Notes: generated by a model from the letters alone, not told the origin. A DNA stretch of 62,942 nucleotides, filler included, from Octopus bimaculoides (GCF_001194135.2; 5 parts of 5 records of this genome joined end to end with filler, not necessarily neighbours in it); one strand, 5' to 3'; positions 48,218-59,666 are shown, counted from the first letter of the whole stretch. Program-made: numbers and translations.

Positions 48218-48645
48218 ATTTCTTGATTAACCACAAAAGGTTTACATTAAAAACATTTGAACAGCAGAGGACAAATAGAATGTGGGGTTACATGAAAGTC
48301 GTGTAAACATTGAAAAACAATCGATTATAACAACAAAATTCTCCAAAAGAGGGAGATCATGGACTGCTCGTGGAAACTCCACAAATCCACGACTCTCCTG
48401 ACCATCAGGGTAAGCATCCTCTCCACTACAGGGAAATGCTTAGAGTAAGCTCATTCACTCGGGCCGTTCTTTCTACATTCACCCACCTTTTAACAAAATT
48501 GCTGGGGGACAAAACTTCCCTCTCTACCCTCACTTTTTTTTTCAAATGAAACTTGAACAAGTTTATGAGGGCTTGGCCAAAGAGGAAAGCGTCTGGCCTA
48601 CCACACAACCTCTTTCTCGCTAAGGCTATCAGGCAAAGAAAGAAA
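48218..48645 (-). mobile_element. L1/Tx1-like LINE 3-prime end with (ATT)n tail
   Basis: Reverse ORF end FLFGQALINLFKFHLKKKVRVEREVLSPSNFVKRWVNVERTARV..L*, then a 3-prime UTR and (ATT)n. The clade is assigned from resemblance only. Confidence 0.6.
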
Positions 48646-48647
48646 AA

Positions 48648-48867
48648 AATAATCCTTTCTACTAAAGGCAAAAGGCCTGAAATTTTGGCGGAGGGGACTA
48701 GTCGATTACATCGATCCCAGTGCGTAACTGGTACTTTACTTAATTTATCGACCCCAAAAGGATGAAAGGCAAAGTCAACCTCGGCGGCATTTGAACTCAG
48801 ACCGTAACGGCAAACGAAATACCGCTAAGCACTTCGCCCGGCGTGCTAACCATTCTGGCAGCTCGCC
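48648..48867 (-). mobile_element. SINE group B variant (B2, 3-prime end AATTTCAGGCC..GTAGAAAGGATT)
   Basis: Reverse B head and core with an alternative 3-prime module. Confidence 0.88.
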
Positions 48868-48885
48868 TTTTTAATAATAATAATA

Positions 48886-49083
48886 ACCCTTTCTAGTATA
48901 GGCTCATGGCCTGAAATTTTTGCTTGGAGGGGATAAGTCGATTACATTGATCGCAGTGCGTAACTGGTACTTATTTCATCGACCCTGCAAGGGTGAAAGG
49001 TAGAGTCGACCTCGGTAGAATTTGTAAAGACGGACGAAATGTTGCTAAACATTTTGTGCTAACGATTCTACCAACTCGCCGCC
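48886..49083 (-). mobile_element. second tandem SINE B2 copy flanked by TAA repeats
   Basis: Same structure as 48648-48867. TTAATAATA occurs on both sides. Confidence 0.85.
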
Positions 49084-49503
49084 TTAATAATAGTAAAGAA
49101 AATATACATGTTTTGTCTTGGTGTAAAAGCTGGTCTACAGCAAATATTCTGCTCAATATCACAGATTTGCTTGTCACATGCTGCACCTTCACCAGTTGAG
49201 CATGTCTTTTAGTGGCACACGATATGTGCATCTCTGATCACGAGCAAAAGTAGTGGGGAAGCATCATTAACATGTGTTGAGAGGGATTCTTGGAGCTTGA
49301 ATAATCCGCCTCTGGAAACATGAGTGTTTCGTTCATCATCCTAAACAAATCTTATTCAGGGACCTTTTGAGTGGGATGGGCTACTCGAACTGAAGAAAAC
49401 TCTAACTTGGCCCCACCTGTAAGGTCATGCGTTGCTTATCTTGATATGAAACCACCATGTCACGCACATAGGGTTACGATGCATGAGCCTGGAGATAGCT
49501 CAT

Positions 49504-49770
49504 CTGTGAGCAATGAAGATGAAGATAGTGCCAAGTATTGTTGGGTACTTGAGGACAGTATCAGAAGGCATCAAGGGGAACGTAAAGGAAATCGGAATAG
49601 AGTGCTCAGTAGAGATCTGTTACAAAAGCTTTGCCGCATTGGCAAGGCCAGAATCATCAGGAAAGTATTAGATAGTTGAAAAGAACAGATAGTATGGTAC
49701 CGTAGGCTGCATGTACCAAGTCTGCTACGCATGCAAGACTCCAAGTGTTCCAACAAAACTCGAGTCAAGA
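49504..49770 (+). mobile_element. Dong-like RLE retrotransposon 3-prime end
   Basis: MKIVPSIVGYLRTVSEGIKGNVKEIGIECSVE/LLQKLCRIGKARIIRKVLDS* (stop 49677-49679), 3-prime UTR, then AATAATAATAA. Confidence 0.8.
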
Positions 49771-49779
49771 ATAATAATA

Positions 49780-50267
49780 ACTAGCAGAAATACCCGTCGT
49801 TGACTGGGTTCAGAAAGAGTTTTCAAAAGTTATACCCTGATTTATGAAAGTTACTGCTTCAATATCATTAAATGTTTTGTAGCGAAATATCCGCAAGCTC
49901 TTATTGCCAGGTTTCGGCCCCAAAAGTTATAATATTTTAATAATGGGTCTGCTGATAGTCAATCTCTTCTGCTCTTTCTCTTTTCCTACGCTGATTGCTT
50001 AGGTAGTCCAAATCTACTTTTTTTTCGGAGACATTGTAGTAGGGTAAATTAATCTATAAGACAGGGGACTTAACTCATGTTAGCAAACTTACGGATTTCA
50101 CCGACGTGAAAATTTTTAAAAGTTACGGTTGAAAAGCTATTTTTACTGCTATCCGGGGATGCCTCAGGAAAAATAAATTGACAAAAGCACAGCCATGGTC
50201 GTGACCAATGTCCTCCTAAAATTGGAGCGACGTGCATGCTAATTTGTGGACGTGCATAAAGTACATT

Positions 50268-50324
<57 letters not shown>

Positions 50325-50346
50325 CCTGCCTTTTATAGATATAGAT
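49780..50346 (+). mobile_element. Helitron/Helentron-like non-autonomous element
   Basis: Starts ACTAGCAGAAATACCCGTCGTTGACTGGGT (CTAG plus a short hairpin), ends in (CA)n-ATCCTGCCTTTTATAGATATAGAT, no TSD, inserted within (AAT)n. The architecture resembles Lep1/DINE-1-like elements. Confidence 0.55.
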
Positions 50347-50353
50347 AATAATG

Positions 50354-50405
<52 letters not shown>

Positions 50406-50407
50406 TA

Positions 50408-50606
50408 ATAATTTCTAATTCTGGAACAAAGCCTGCAATTCTGAAAGGGAGTAATCAGTGGATGACATTGAGCCAGTACTTGTCTGGTACTTTATTTTGT
50501 CGACCCCGAATAGATGAAAGGCAAAGTTGAACTCTGCGAATTTAACTCAGAACATAAAGAGTTGGAAGAAACGCCGCTAAACATGTTGTCCGACGCGCTA
50601 ACGATT
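50408..50606 (-). mobile_element. SINE B2, degenerate
   Basis: GGTACTTTATTTTGTCGACCCCGAATAGATGAAAGGCAAAGTTGAAC. Confidence 0.8.
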
Positions 50607-50814
50607 TTAATTTAATGCGGCTTCAAGTGTGTATACTGAGTTTTTCTACAGTTTGGCAAGCTTCCACGATATCAGTAAATGATTTACTCACTATTTTCAA
50701 TATAAGGAGGCATGAATTTCCTTTAAGCAGATGACAGTCGGGTGCATGGCATTGTTAAGCCTCAAAAAAAGTGAAACACGTCTGTTGTTCTTGTGTGTCA
50801 CTGCAGCGACGATA

Positions 50815-51658
50815 TACAAGGTGCATTCTAGAATTGAGACTATTTTAGATGTAGTTTTAATAGTCCTAAATTATTGCAATTTTAGTATATCATTACTATG
50901 CATCTAATGAACTGACCTGTCAACCTTTGTTATTCCAGATCAAAGGAAACGGTTGTAATAGAACTTTGAACACACCTTACTATAAACATTGCTTGTCACT
51001 GCTGTCTAGTTTTCAGAAGGCAGTTCAGACGTAAAGACAATTTGGAAACTCGCTATGCAATAAAGTTTTGTGTTAAACTGGGGAAAAACAAAAACACTAC
51101 GGAAACTTATGAAATGCTCCAGAGTGCTTATAGATCAACTTGTATGAATCGAGCGTCTATTTCTCACCGGCACAAGAGGCCCAGCAATGCAAGTCCACAG
51201 ACAAGTTCATGATGTTCCACTTTTTCAACAGCAAGGACATCAACTACATCTATTGGGTTCCCTCTGGCCATTCGGTCAACAAAGAGTATTTTGTGGAGAT
51301 TTTGAGGGAGTTCAAGAAGAGACTTCATCGCAAAAGACCTGAGCACCTGTACCGGAACACAATTTTATCATGGTAATCAAATACCTAACAGATTTGGGCA
51401 TCAAACTGTCCCTCACCCCCTCTACAGTCAAGCCCTTGCTCCCTGTGACTCTTGGTTGTTCTCCAAGCTGAAGGGAAAGATAAAGGAAGCTGTGACAAAG
51501 GTCTCGGACATCATGGGGCCTTCATGAAGTGGCTCCAGCACTACAACAAGGTTATTAAAGTCAGAGAATCCTACTATGAAAGAGATTAGAGTTTTGTAGT
51601 TTAAAATTAATAAATGTCCCTCTTGAAAATGTCTCAAAACTTCTGAATGCACTTTGTA
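50815..51658 (+). mobile_element. internally deleted mariner with both TIRs (~844 bp)
   Basis: TIRs TACAAGGTGCATTCTAGAATTGAGAC and the reverse complement of TACAAAGTGCATTCAGAAGTTTTGAGAC. Peptides LETRYAIKFCVKLGK..ETYEMLQSAY, WVPSGHSVNKEYFVEILREF, VPHPLYSQALAPCDSWLFSKLK (YSPDLAP-like). Confidence 0.9.
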
Positions 51659-52208
51659 TGTTGTATTTTTAATACAAGAAGTCTATAAAGAAATTTTATT
51701 TCAGATAATTCCACAGCAACATGCCTTCTAACAGCGTGTTATTATGATCCATAGAAGGCGATTTTAAATTAATGCTGGTTCTGTTGCGTATATGGAGGAC
51801 AAAGTCTGAAGAATATAAAATAAACACTTTTAGCTATACGACATTGGAAGGTTATTTATATATTAAGCCTTTTTCTGAGAAACACCGCTTAAAGTTTAAT
51901 TTATCCAATTAAAGAGCATTTAATATAACATCTATTTCCCTGAAGATATAAATATAGGTTAAGTTAATACGTTTCTAATTCTTTCGACGACGCTTTTGAA
52001 TTTCAACTGAACATATTTTATATTAAAAGTAGCATTTGAAATGACCAAATAATCTAAATTTGAAATTTTGGATTTTTGCCTTCAGCAAAGCAAAGAGTAT
52101 CGAACTAATAGTGTTTATATAAGAAACTGCGTTAAATATCTTGTTTAGGAGTCGGCTTTAAATATAACTAATAATAAATTATACATAGTTTCTGCTTTTT
52201 TATGTAAA

Positions 52209-52452
52209 AAGTGCGTAGCTTAACGGTTAGAGCATTGCACTCATGATCTTGCAGTCGAGGTTTCGATTCTAGGACTGGGCGGTGTGTTGTGTTCTTGAAT
52301 AAAATCCTTCATTTCACGTTGCTACAGTACTCTTAGTTGTAATTCTGCTACGGATCGGGGTCTCGTTCAGTGGAAATGTTGGGATCTGGGTCACTTATAC
52401 ACCATGGAAACCGCATAACCGGCTCTACGAGTCCTAGGACTTGAGACAGTAC
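52209..52452 (+). mobile_element. SINE group C variant
   Basis: Head GTGCGTAGCTTAACGGTTAGAGC..GTTTCGATTC, core TTCATTTCACGTTGCT, 3-prime module CACCATGGAAAC. Confidence 0.75.
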
Positions 52453-52615
52453 ATACTGTCTGTTCTGAAACATTTAACAATGTAAAACGATAGCCTTCAT
52501 AAAGCGGGTATGACAATACTGCCGGATATGTTCAACGGATACATTGGAAGTAAAAGGTTTAGAAACTCTGAAGTAAGAGAAATGTGTGCAACATTCTTTT
52601 CATACACAAATCATA

Positions 52616-52836
52616 TTGATTTCAAATTTCGGCACAAAGACAGCAACTTTGAAGGGATGGACCAGACGATTTCCTCGTCATCAGCGATCAACTGCTACTT
52701 ATTTTATCAACTTCGAAAGAATGAAAAGCAAAGTCGACCTCGGCGGAATATGAACTCCGAACGTAAAGAAATGGAAGAAATGCTGCTAGATATTTTTTGT
52801 TTTAGCGCATTTACGATTCTGCCGGTTCACTACCAT
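52616..52836 (-). mobile_element. SINE group B, degenerate
   Basis: GAATGAAAAGCAAAGTCGACCTCGGCGGAATATGAACTCCGAACGTAAAG. Confidence 0.8.
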
Positions 52837-53073
52837 TCTTTCATGGACCATATTAAAGCTAAATATCCAACAACAATAGCTGACAGCCATCTCGATTACT
52901 ACCTGTGTTTTAGTTTAAAACCTGATTATGTCAAAATTTCTTTATGTGTACGGTCAAGTTTTTCATTGATTTCAATAAGACCTTATCTGCTATAGGCACA
53001 AGGCCTGCCATTTTGGGCGATCTTGAGCTGAATGCCCTAACCACTAAGTCATGCACCTTCGCGCGCGCACACT

Positions 53074-53121
<48 letters not shown>

Positions 53122-53648
53122 TATATATTACTCTATCTCTGGTATTTGAGTACTATTNNNNNNNNNNNNNNNNNNNNNNNNNNNNNNNNNNNNNNNNNNN
53201 NNNNNNNNNNNNNNNNNNNNNNNNNNNNNNNNNNNNNNNNNNNNNNNNNNNNNNNNNNNNNNNNNNNNNNNNNNNNNNNNNNNNNNNNNNNNNNNNNNNN
53301 NNNNNNNNNNNNNNNNNNNNNNNNNNNNNNNNNNNNNNNNNNNNNNNNNNNNNNNNNNNNNNNNNNNNNNNNNNNNNNNNNNNNNNNNNNNNNNNNNNNN
53401 NNNNNNNNNNNNNNNNNNNNNNNNNNNNNNNNNNNNNNNNNNNNNNNNNNNNNNNNNNNNNNNNNNNNNNNNNNNNNNNNNNNNNNNNNNNNNNNNNNNN
53501 NNNNNNNNNNNNNNNNNNNNNNNNNNNNNNNNNNNNNNNNNNNNNNNNNNNNNNNNNNNNNNNNNNNNNNNNNNNNNNNNNNNNNNNNNNNNNNNNNNNN
53601 NNNNNNNNNNNNNNNNNNNNNNNNNNNNNNNNNNNNNNNNNNNNNNNN

Positions 53649-53689
<41 letters not shown>

Positions 53690-53933
53690 TACATATATAT
53701 TGTGGTACTGTGACTTGTTTACTTTCAATTACAAATTTTAGTAATTGTTTATACCAGTCATTGCAGTATTGATTTGGTGGCGATTGCATTTTGTCCATTG
53801 AATGTAACCGCCATATTGGTCATGCGCATATGACTTGCTTAAGATTGGAAAATCCGAGGCAATATTATTAATCGTTTCTAATCTATGTATACTGTCTCCC
53901 ATTTCATGATTCATAACTTTGAGGTAGTTTCAT

Positions 53934-54210
53934 CGGTGATACTTTAACGTGCAGTCTACCGGAGCTGTGAAACGACTTAATGCGAGTTAGGATTAGAGTT
54001 AAGGTTTAAGATTAGTGTTGGAGTTACTGTTAGGATTAGAATTAGGTTAAGTATTAAGGTTAGTGTTCGGGTTTAACGTTAGGGTAAGGGCTTAGGTTTA
54101 GAATTAAGGTTTAGGGTTAGGGCTACGGCTAGGGTTTAGGGTTAAGGTTAGGGTTAAACTTTACGCTAAAGTGTAAATGGTCAAGTAGACCGCACGCTAA
54201 AGCGGCACCG
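53934..54210. mobile_element. foldback/MITE-like element with degenerate (TTAGGG)n-like core
   Basis: 26-bp imperfect terminal inverted repeats CGGTGATACTTTAACGTGCAGTCTAC and GTAGACCGCACGCTAAAGCGGCACCG enclose ~170 nt of TTAGGG/TTAAGG/TTAGGA variants. Confidence 0.6.
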
Positions 54211-55209
54211 TTTCTTTTCGATAAGCTCTCTTTTCGCGCTGCAATTCTTCTGTCTCATGCTTTAGACCAGTACTAGTGAGCCATTTACGGCTCCATCTTA
54301 GATGTATCTCAATTTTGTCCAGTCTTCCCCAGATACTAACATTGCACGGATTTACTTTGCCACTGCTCTTTCATTATATTTCTAGATTTCCGTTTCTGTT
54401 TTCATGCTGTCTCGTCTTTTTTTGTTGTTGTTTGGGCCTTTTTTGTTTTTGCATTTTCAGCAGATATCTGTAAGTTTACAAACTCTATACTCGACCTAAT
54501 TGCTTTCTTATCTATGAAAATTAGAAATTTTTTGGTTCGTGTTTCTTAATTTTTAAAACGTTCCTATGTTCTGTTAATCATACTGTAGTTATTTTAAAAT
54601 ATTTCTCTGATTATACGAGTCCTCCCCTTCCTTGGGTGTGTGATAAATACATCCTGTCTACAACAAATTAATGATTATGTATTAATTTTAAATTCTCTCA
54701 GTTTTCCTTGTTTTGCTGTCAATGTTTCGTAGATTTCTTAATTTCTGCATTATCATATAGGTGCAGGAGCTAATAACTTGGATATTAAACATTTTTGTAA
54801 TACTTTTTTGTTTAGTTATATTTTTCGATGGAATACACTTCAATATGTGAACAATATTTTCCTGCTGTTTCGCTCTGGTTATTCCTATTTTTCCCCTTAA
54901 TACTCAATTTTAAACGAAAATTTCAAATCAGTCGAGCCATATTATGAAAATACGATGTATTAATAAAATAACACGCTCATACGTAATTACCTATATTTTG
55001 CGTAAAGCTAAGAGAAGTAAGTCAGATGGAATTAGAAGTAAACAGTTATGGTAGGGGTGCTGGTGTAGGCGATGACGGAGAAGTTGGTGTCTTGACAAAG
55101 GTAACTAGAGAAAGGCACAGAGAGGTAGAGATAGATAGATAGAGATAGAGACAGAGAGAAAAAGAGAGACGCAAATATGAAGAGGGAGTAAAGGAAAATA
55201 TCAAGACGT

Positions 55210-55755
55210 AACTGTAGCTGTGACCATGCTGGGGCACGCCTTTCAATAGTTTTGTCACTTTATATATATTATTTTATTTTAAAGTTTGGTATTTATTTTA
55301 TGAATGAGTGTTTGTTAAACTGCTGCATTACCATACACCAGCATCACCGGTTTTCATAGGAGATAGGTGTAAACACACACACACGCACACACACACAAAC
55401 ACACACACACACACACACACACATACGCACACAAGCGATACATACACGCATACTCTCTTTTTCACACACTCTCTCTTTCTCACACACGCACACGTACACA
55501 TACACGCGCGCGCACACATACACACACGCACTATCTTTCTCTCTCTCACACACACTCTTTCTCTTTCTTTCCCTCACACACACACACACACACGATGGAT
55601 TTCTATATTGTTTCTGTCTACTAAATTTAGCTCAAGGCATTAATCATCTCGAGGCTATATAGCAGATAACTCTTGCTCAAGGTGCTGCACAAAGCGAACC
55701 AAGACTCGCATAATTAAAAAACGAATTTTTTAATTATTCTGCCATGCCTGCGCCT
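55210..55755 (-). mobile_element. degenerate SINE group A with expanded internal (CA)n
   Basis: Tail remnant at 55210-55255, right-arm remnant at 55331-55375, ~220 nt of microsatellite, then left arm and head at 55594-55755. Confidence 0.65.
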
Positions 55756-56867
55756 ATATTACTGATAAGAGATTTTGAGAATCCACTGCTCAGAAGGCCA
55801 GCTACTAGGCTTAGTTCACTGGCATTCTGTGTCCGAGTCTAGCCATATGAAAACAATGTCTCAATAAAGTATATTAAAATATGTTCAAATTTTACTAAAG
55901 TAGTTGTACAGTAGTAGAATAATATCATAGATATAGATTATGTCTTTGATTGTGTTCCACAGTTAAGACTAATTATTTCTTGATGTAAGGTGAAAAATAA
56001 TAGATAACAGCTCTGAAGGTAGAAGAGGTGGAATGTGAACGATGAGGACTATAGCTTTCAGAGATGCTGTCACCTAAGACTGCACATTCAATACTAAATT
56101 ATACACAATCTAAAGAATCAAACATTTCAAACAAAATACAATTTCAAAAAATTATATATTTCATCTTTCTCTATAAATTTCCAAGCATCTTACAATTTTG
56201 AAAATAACCGTGGAATTTTCACAGGTTCTGCTAGTTTTAGTTTATTGAATTCATTCATGTGGAATAGTTTTCTTCTACTAAAACATGTTATTAATCAAAA
56301 CTCCTTTCAATGGGGAAAAAGAAGAGAATGAAAAGAAAATCATTCTCTGTCGAAAAACTTCTCTTAAATTATTTCGATATCAAACAAAGTTTCTCTGAAA
56401 TACTTTCTCAGTCAAATAAAGTTTCTTTTAGATATTTTACAAGTTGAATAATGTCAGTGAAATAGTTTTCTAATAACCAAATATATTAAAATTCTTAGTT
56501 GGCCTTACTATTTAAAATGTTTTCTTTTTTATCATTCAAGCAACATTACTTTGATTTTTATTTTCTCAGACATTTCCTAATTTTGAAATTAAATAGCTAA
56601 AAATGTTTAGTGCTAATTAATGCCTTATTTCTTTGAATCTTTTCATTTTACCGTCTTTGTCAGATTTTAACTATTGCCAGATTTTGACTTCTTATTTGAC
56701 AAAACGGTAAAGTTTTTCTAGTACAAAGGTATATTTTATTCAATCGATCCTACTTATATAATTTTTAATTATTTCAACGCTTTTGAAAACAAAAAAAAAC
56801 CCAAAAAAATCAGTAAACAAAGTTAGCTGGATCTGAAATCAGAATGTAGTTGAACGAGGTTTATTCT

Positions 56868-56905
<38 letters not shown>

Positions 56906-56933
56906 TAATAATAACAATAATGATAATAATAAT

Positions 56934-57146
56934 TGTGGTATTTTCCAAGGTGACTCCCTTTCACCACTAATTTTCTGCATAGCACTAATACCACTCTCAA
57001 GTGAACTGAATAGAACAGGGTATGGCTACAAAATTGACAACAGGAAAATAAGCCATCTATTTTATATGGATGATTTAAAGCTATGGCAAAGATGATGAAG
57101 AGCTTCAAGGACTACTACATACTGTGAAAGGATTCAGTGATGATAT
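56934..57146 (+). pseudogene. R4/Dong-clade reverse transcriptase fragment (domains 4-5)
   Basis: CGIFQGDSLSPLIFCIALIPLSSELNRTGYGYKIDNRKISHLFYMDDLKL/AKDDEELQGLLHTVKGFSDD: QGDSLSP and YMDD motifs. The 5-prime end abuts (AAT)n at 56871-56933. Confidence 0.92.
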
Positions 57147-57880
57147 GTAGTCTGTCATGTTTTATTTTTAGCATGCGATTGGGTCGCTTCCGTGATTTTG
57201 TTTTACAAAGTCTGCTTTTCATCCTCAGCCTCTTTTTGGTTCTCAACTTCATATGTGCGTGGGGGTGGTGCTGCTATGACAGAGTGCTTGCTGGTCGTTT
57301 CATTTTAATTGTTGTTGCTGGTGTATTGTTTGGTTGTCTTTGTCTTTGCTGCTTGTGGCTGAGAAGGAGAGCTTTAAGATCTTATGACTCGCTTCTGGTG
57401 ATAAGAACGGGTAGCTCCATCTGGTGACTCACGAATTGTGCTTTATGTTACAGTAGGACCGACAACGTCTATGATTTGTTCTTGTTGCTTGCTTTTTTTT
57501 TTCTGTGCACAAAGCTTTTAGATGGATTTTTGCTTCTACATCTGTAACAAATGTGTCGTTTACCTTAGCTGCAATGTTTTAAGCATTTAAGTCTTCTCAG
57601 CACCGTCTTGCAGGTCGCAGTTCTAGTATCATTTTGTGGTCGAGCCGGGTCATGAGAACTTTTATGTTCATGAGATGGCACCCAATCATACATCGCCAAA
57701 TGTTACATCAGAACTGATCACCTACCCATATTGTGCCACGATGGAGTCTGCTAGCCAGAGGTAGACATCGTCAGTGATAACTCTGACGCCGACTCTTGTG
57801 TTTCTCCTTTCAAATACTGCGGAACTACCCTATGGGCAAATGTCGCATATACTTTATAGGCTTAAGGTTTCGCTGCATTC
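57147..57880 (-). pseudogene. LINE ORF1 (gag-like) remnant with CCHC zinc knuckle, probably L1/Tx1
   Basis: Reverse 57549-57507 reads CYRCRSK/IHLKALC (C-X2-C-X4-H-X4-C with a 1-nt frameshift). Upstream VRVITDDVYLWLADSIVAQYG*VIS resembles an ORF1 RRM. Confidence 0.55.
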
Positions 57881-58735
57881 TCCATTTTAAAAATGATGCA
57901 TATAGTACCGTACTCTTTTTCTCTTCCAAAAAAGGATTTTTCACTTAAAAATATTTTTCAAAGATGCCTCCAATTTCTGTTGGGTGAGATTAGAAATGCT
58001 GTCGTGTTTTTCGCAAAATTGATACATTATTTTCATCATCTCACAGATCTTTATAGTTACTTGTTGAAAGCTGATCCCAGTTCAGTGCACACAGTGTTGC
58101 CAAGTCTTTCATCTCTCTAGAAAATGTTTCATAGCAAGGATTTTCCGGTTGGACAAAACATTAAGAATCTACTATTGCTCGTGTTTACACCCGGAACGTG
58201 CGTATGCATATTGTTGTTGTGGACGACAAGATTCCTTCTCGGTTGACGTGTTTTCTCTTTCTCTCAGTTCGTGCATTTTATGAATATTTTACATTACAAT
58301 TAAATTAGAGTTCTCTGTTTTGTTTATTTTGAGTGTGAGAAATGTATTATTTTGTACAGTTTTCTCTTGAGGGGCATGGCTTCAAATATTCATGGCCGTT
58401 TATTTTTGTCGGTAACGCGAGAGAAAAATAAAATTTTGTCTAAAAGTAATACACAGTCATTATTTTGTCTTTTGTAAGTACCTGTAAGTGGAGACTCCAA
58501 ACTATCATTCACCCACGGCAGTGGGTAAGTATATCCTTAAGGTCAACTTTAGATTACTCGCGAGCACTTCTAGTCTTCGTTATTAATTCAGTTCTCAATC
58601 AAATTGAATGCAGTTCTTTTAGCAATGGTGCTCCAGTCCTAGGCTACATTTTGAGATAAAATAATAGAAATTTGGCTCATTGAAAAAAAGTTAGGTCAAA
58701 ATATGAGCTCAAAAATGGAAGAGTATGGAGAAAAA

Positions 58736-59085
58736 TTGACTTTGAATCAAAATATCTCAGTTATTTTAAAAGAAAAGTTTAGATGAATTGGTTTCAAAAG
58801 AATGAGCTCATTGCGAAATATGTTTTGGTAAAAATCTCATTAAAAAGCATAAGCTATGCAAAAAGTAATGTGATTGTAATTGACGAAAACAATAATAAGC
58901 ATCCCCAAAAGTTGACTTTGAATCAAAATACCTTGGCTATTGTAAAAGAAAACTATACAACAGTTGGGTTCAAATGAAAAAAGCTCTATGGGATGAATTA
59001 TATGGTGAAAACCACATTAAAAATTATTAGCAACAAAAAAAGGGTGCAACTCCAAGTGACGAGAAAAAGGTGATCATTTTAACAA
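58736..59085. repeat. diverged 176-bp tandem duplication
   Basis: TTGACTTTGAATCAAAATA at 58736 and 58912, with colinear downstream similarity. Confidence 0.75.
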
Positions 59086-59620
59086 ATCAAAATATATTTT
59101 GTCATTTTAAGATATTTAGCATTATAACCGACGGTACTTGATAGTGTGGGTCGCATAGCTTAATGGTACAGGGCGCTTAACAGGAATTTCATATTCTATA
59201 GCAACTTGCTGGCCGCCCCCCCCTTTTCTAAGGGTATTCATCCAATCTTCTAAGCTGTTTTCACNNNNNNNNNNNNNNNNNNNNNNNNNNNNNNNNNNNN
59301 NNNNNNNNTTAATTAATTAANNNNNNNNNNNNNNNNNNNNNNNNNNNNNNNNNNNNNNNNNNNNGATATATTATCCAGGTGGATATCGTAGGAGTTCTCA
59401 GTTATATTCCAGGTTATGGCTAACCGCATCGATTAGTATTTAATGTCCATGACTACTAGAAGTTGCCACCCACGCGGTAAATTCCTCCGATGAGTAATTC
59501 CGTGTCCGCTTCACTGGATGGTAATAATATCTGTTGTGTATATTATTAATAATTATAACGATAGAGAATATGGAGACTAGTAAAACCTCAAACTTTGTTT
59601 CTTCCTATTTTATAATTTCA

Positions 59621-59666
59621 TGTGGAGGCGCAATGGCCCAGTGGTTAGGGCAGCGGACTCGCAGTC
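59621..59666 (+). mobile_element. SINE group C variant head, remainder in gap
   Basis: GGAGGCGCAATGGCCCAGTGGTTAGGGCAGCGGACTCGC matches the 3617-3975 head. TATAATTTCAT occurs at 59611-59621 and 60366-60376 as a putative TSD. Confidence 0.8.

Noticed and set aside
59621-59666. tRNA-Arg-like gene (also the heads at 3900-3975, 37752 and 52209)
   Set aside because: These are SINE heads. They continue into SINE bodies and do not complete a cloverleaf acceptor stem.
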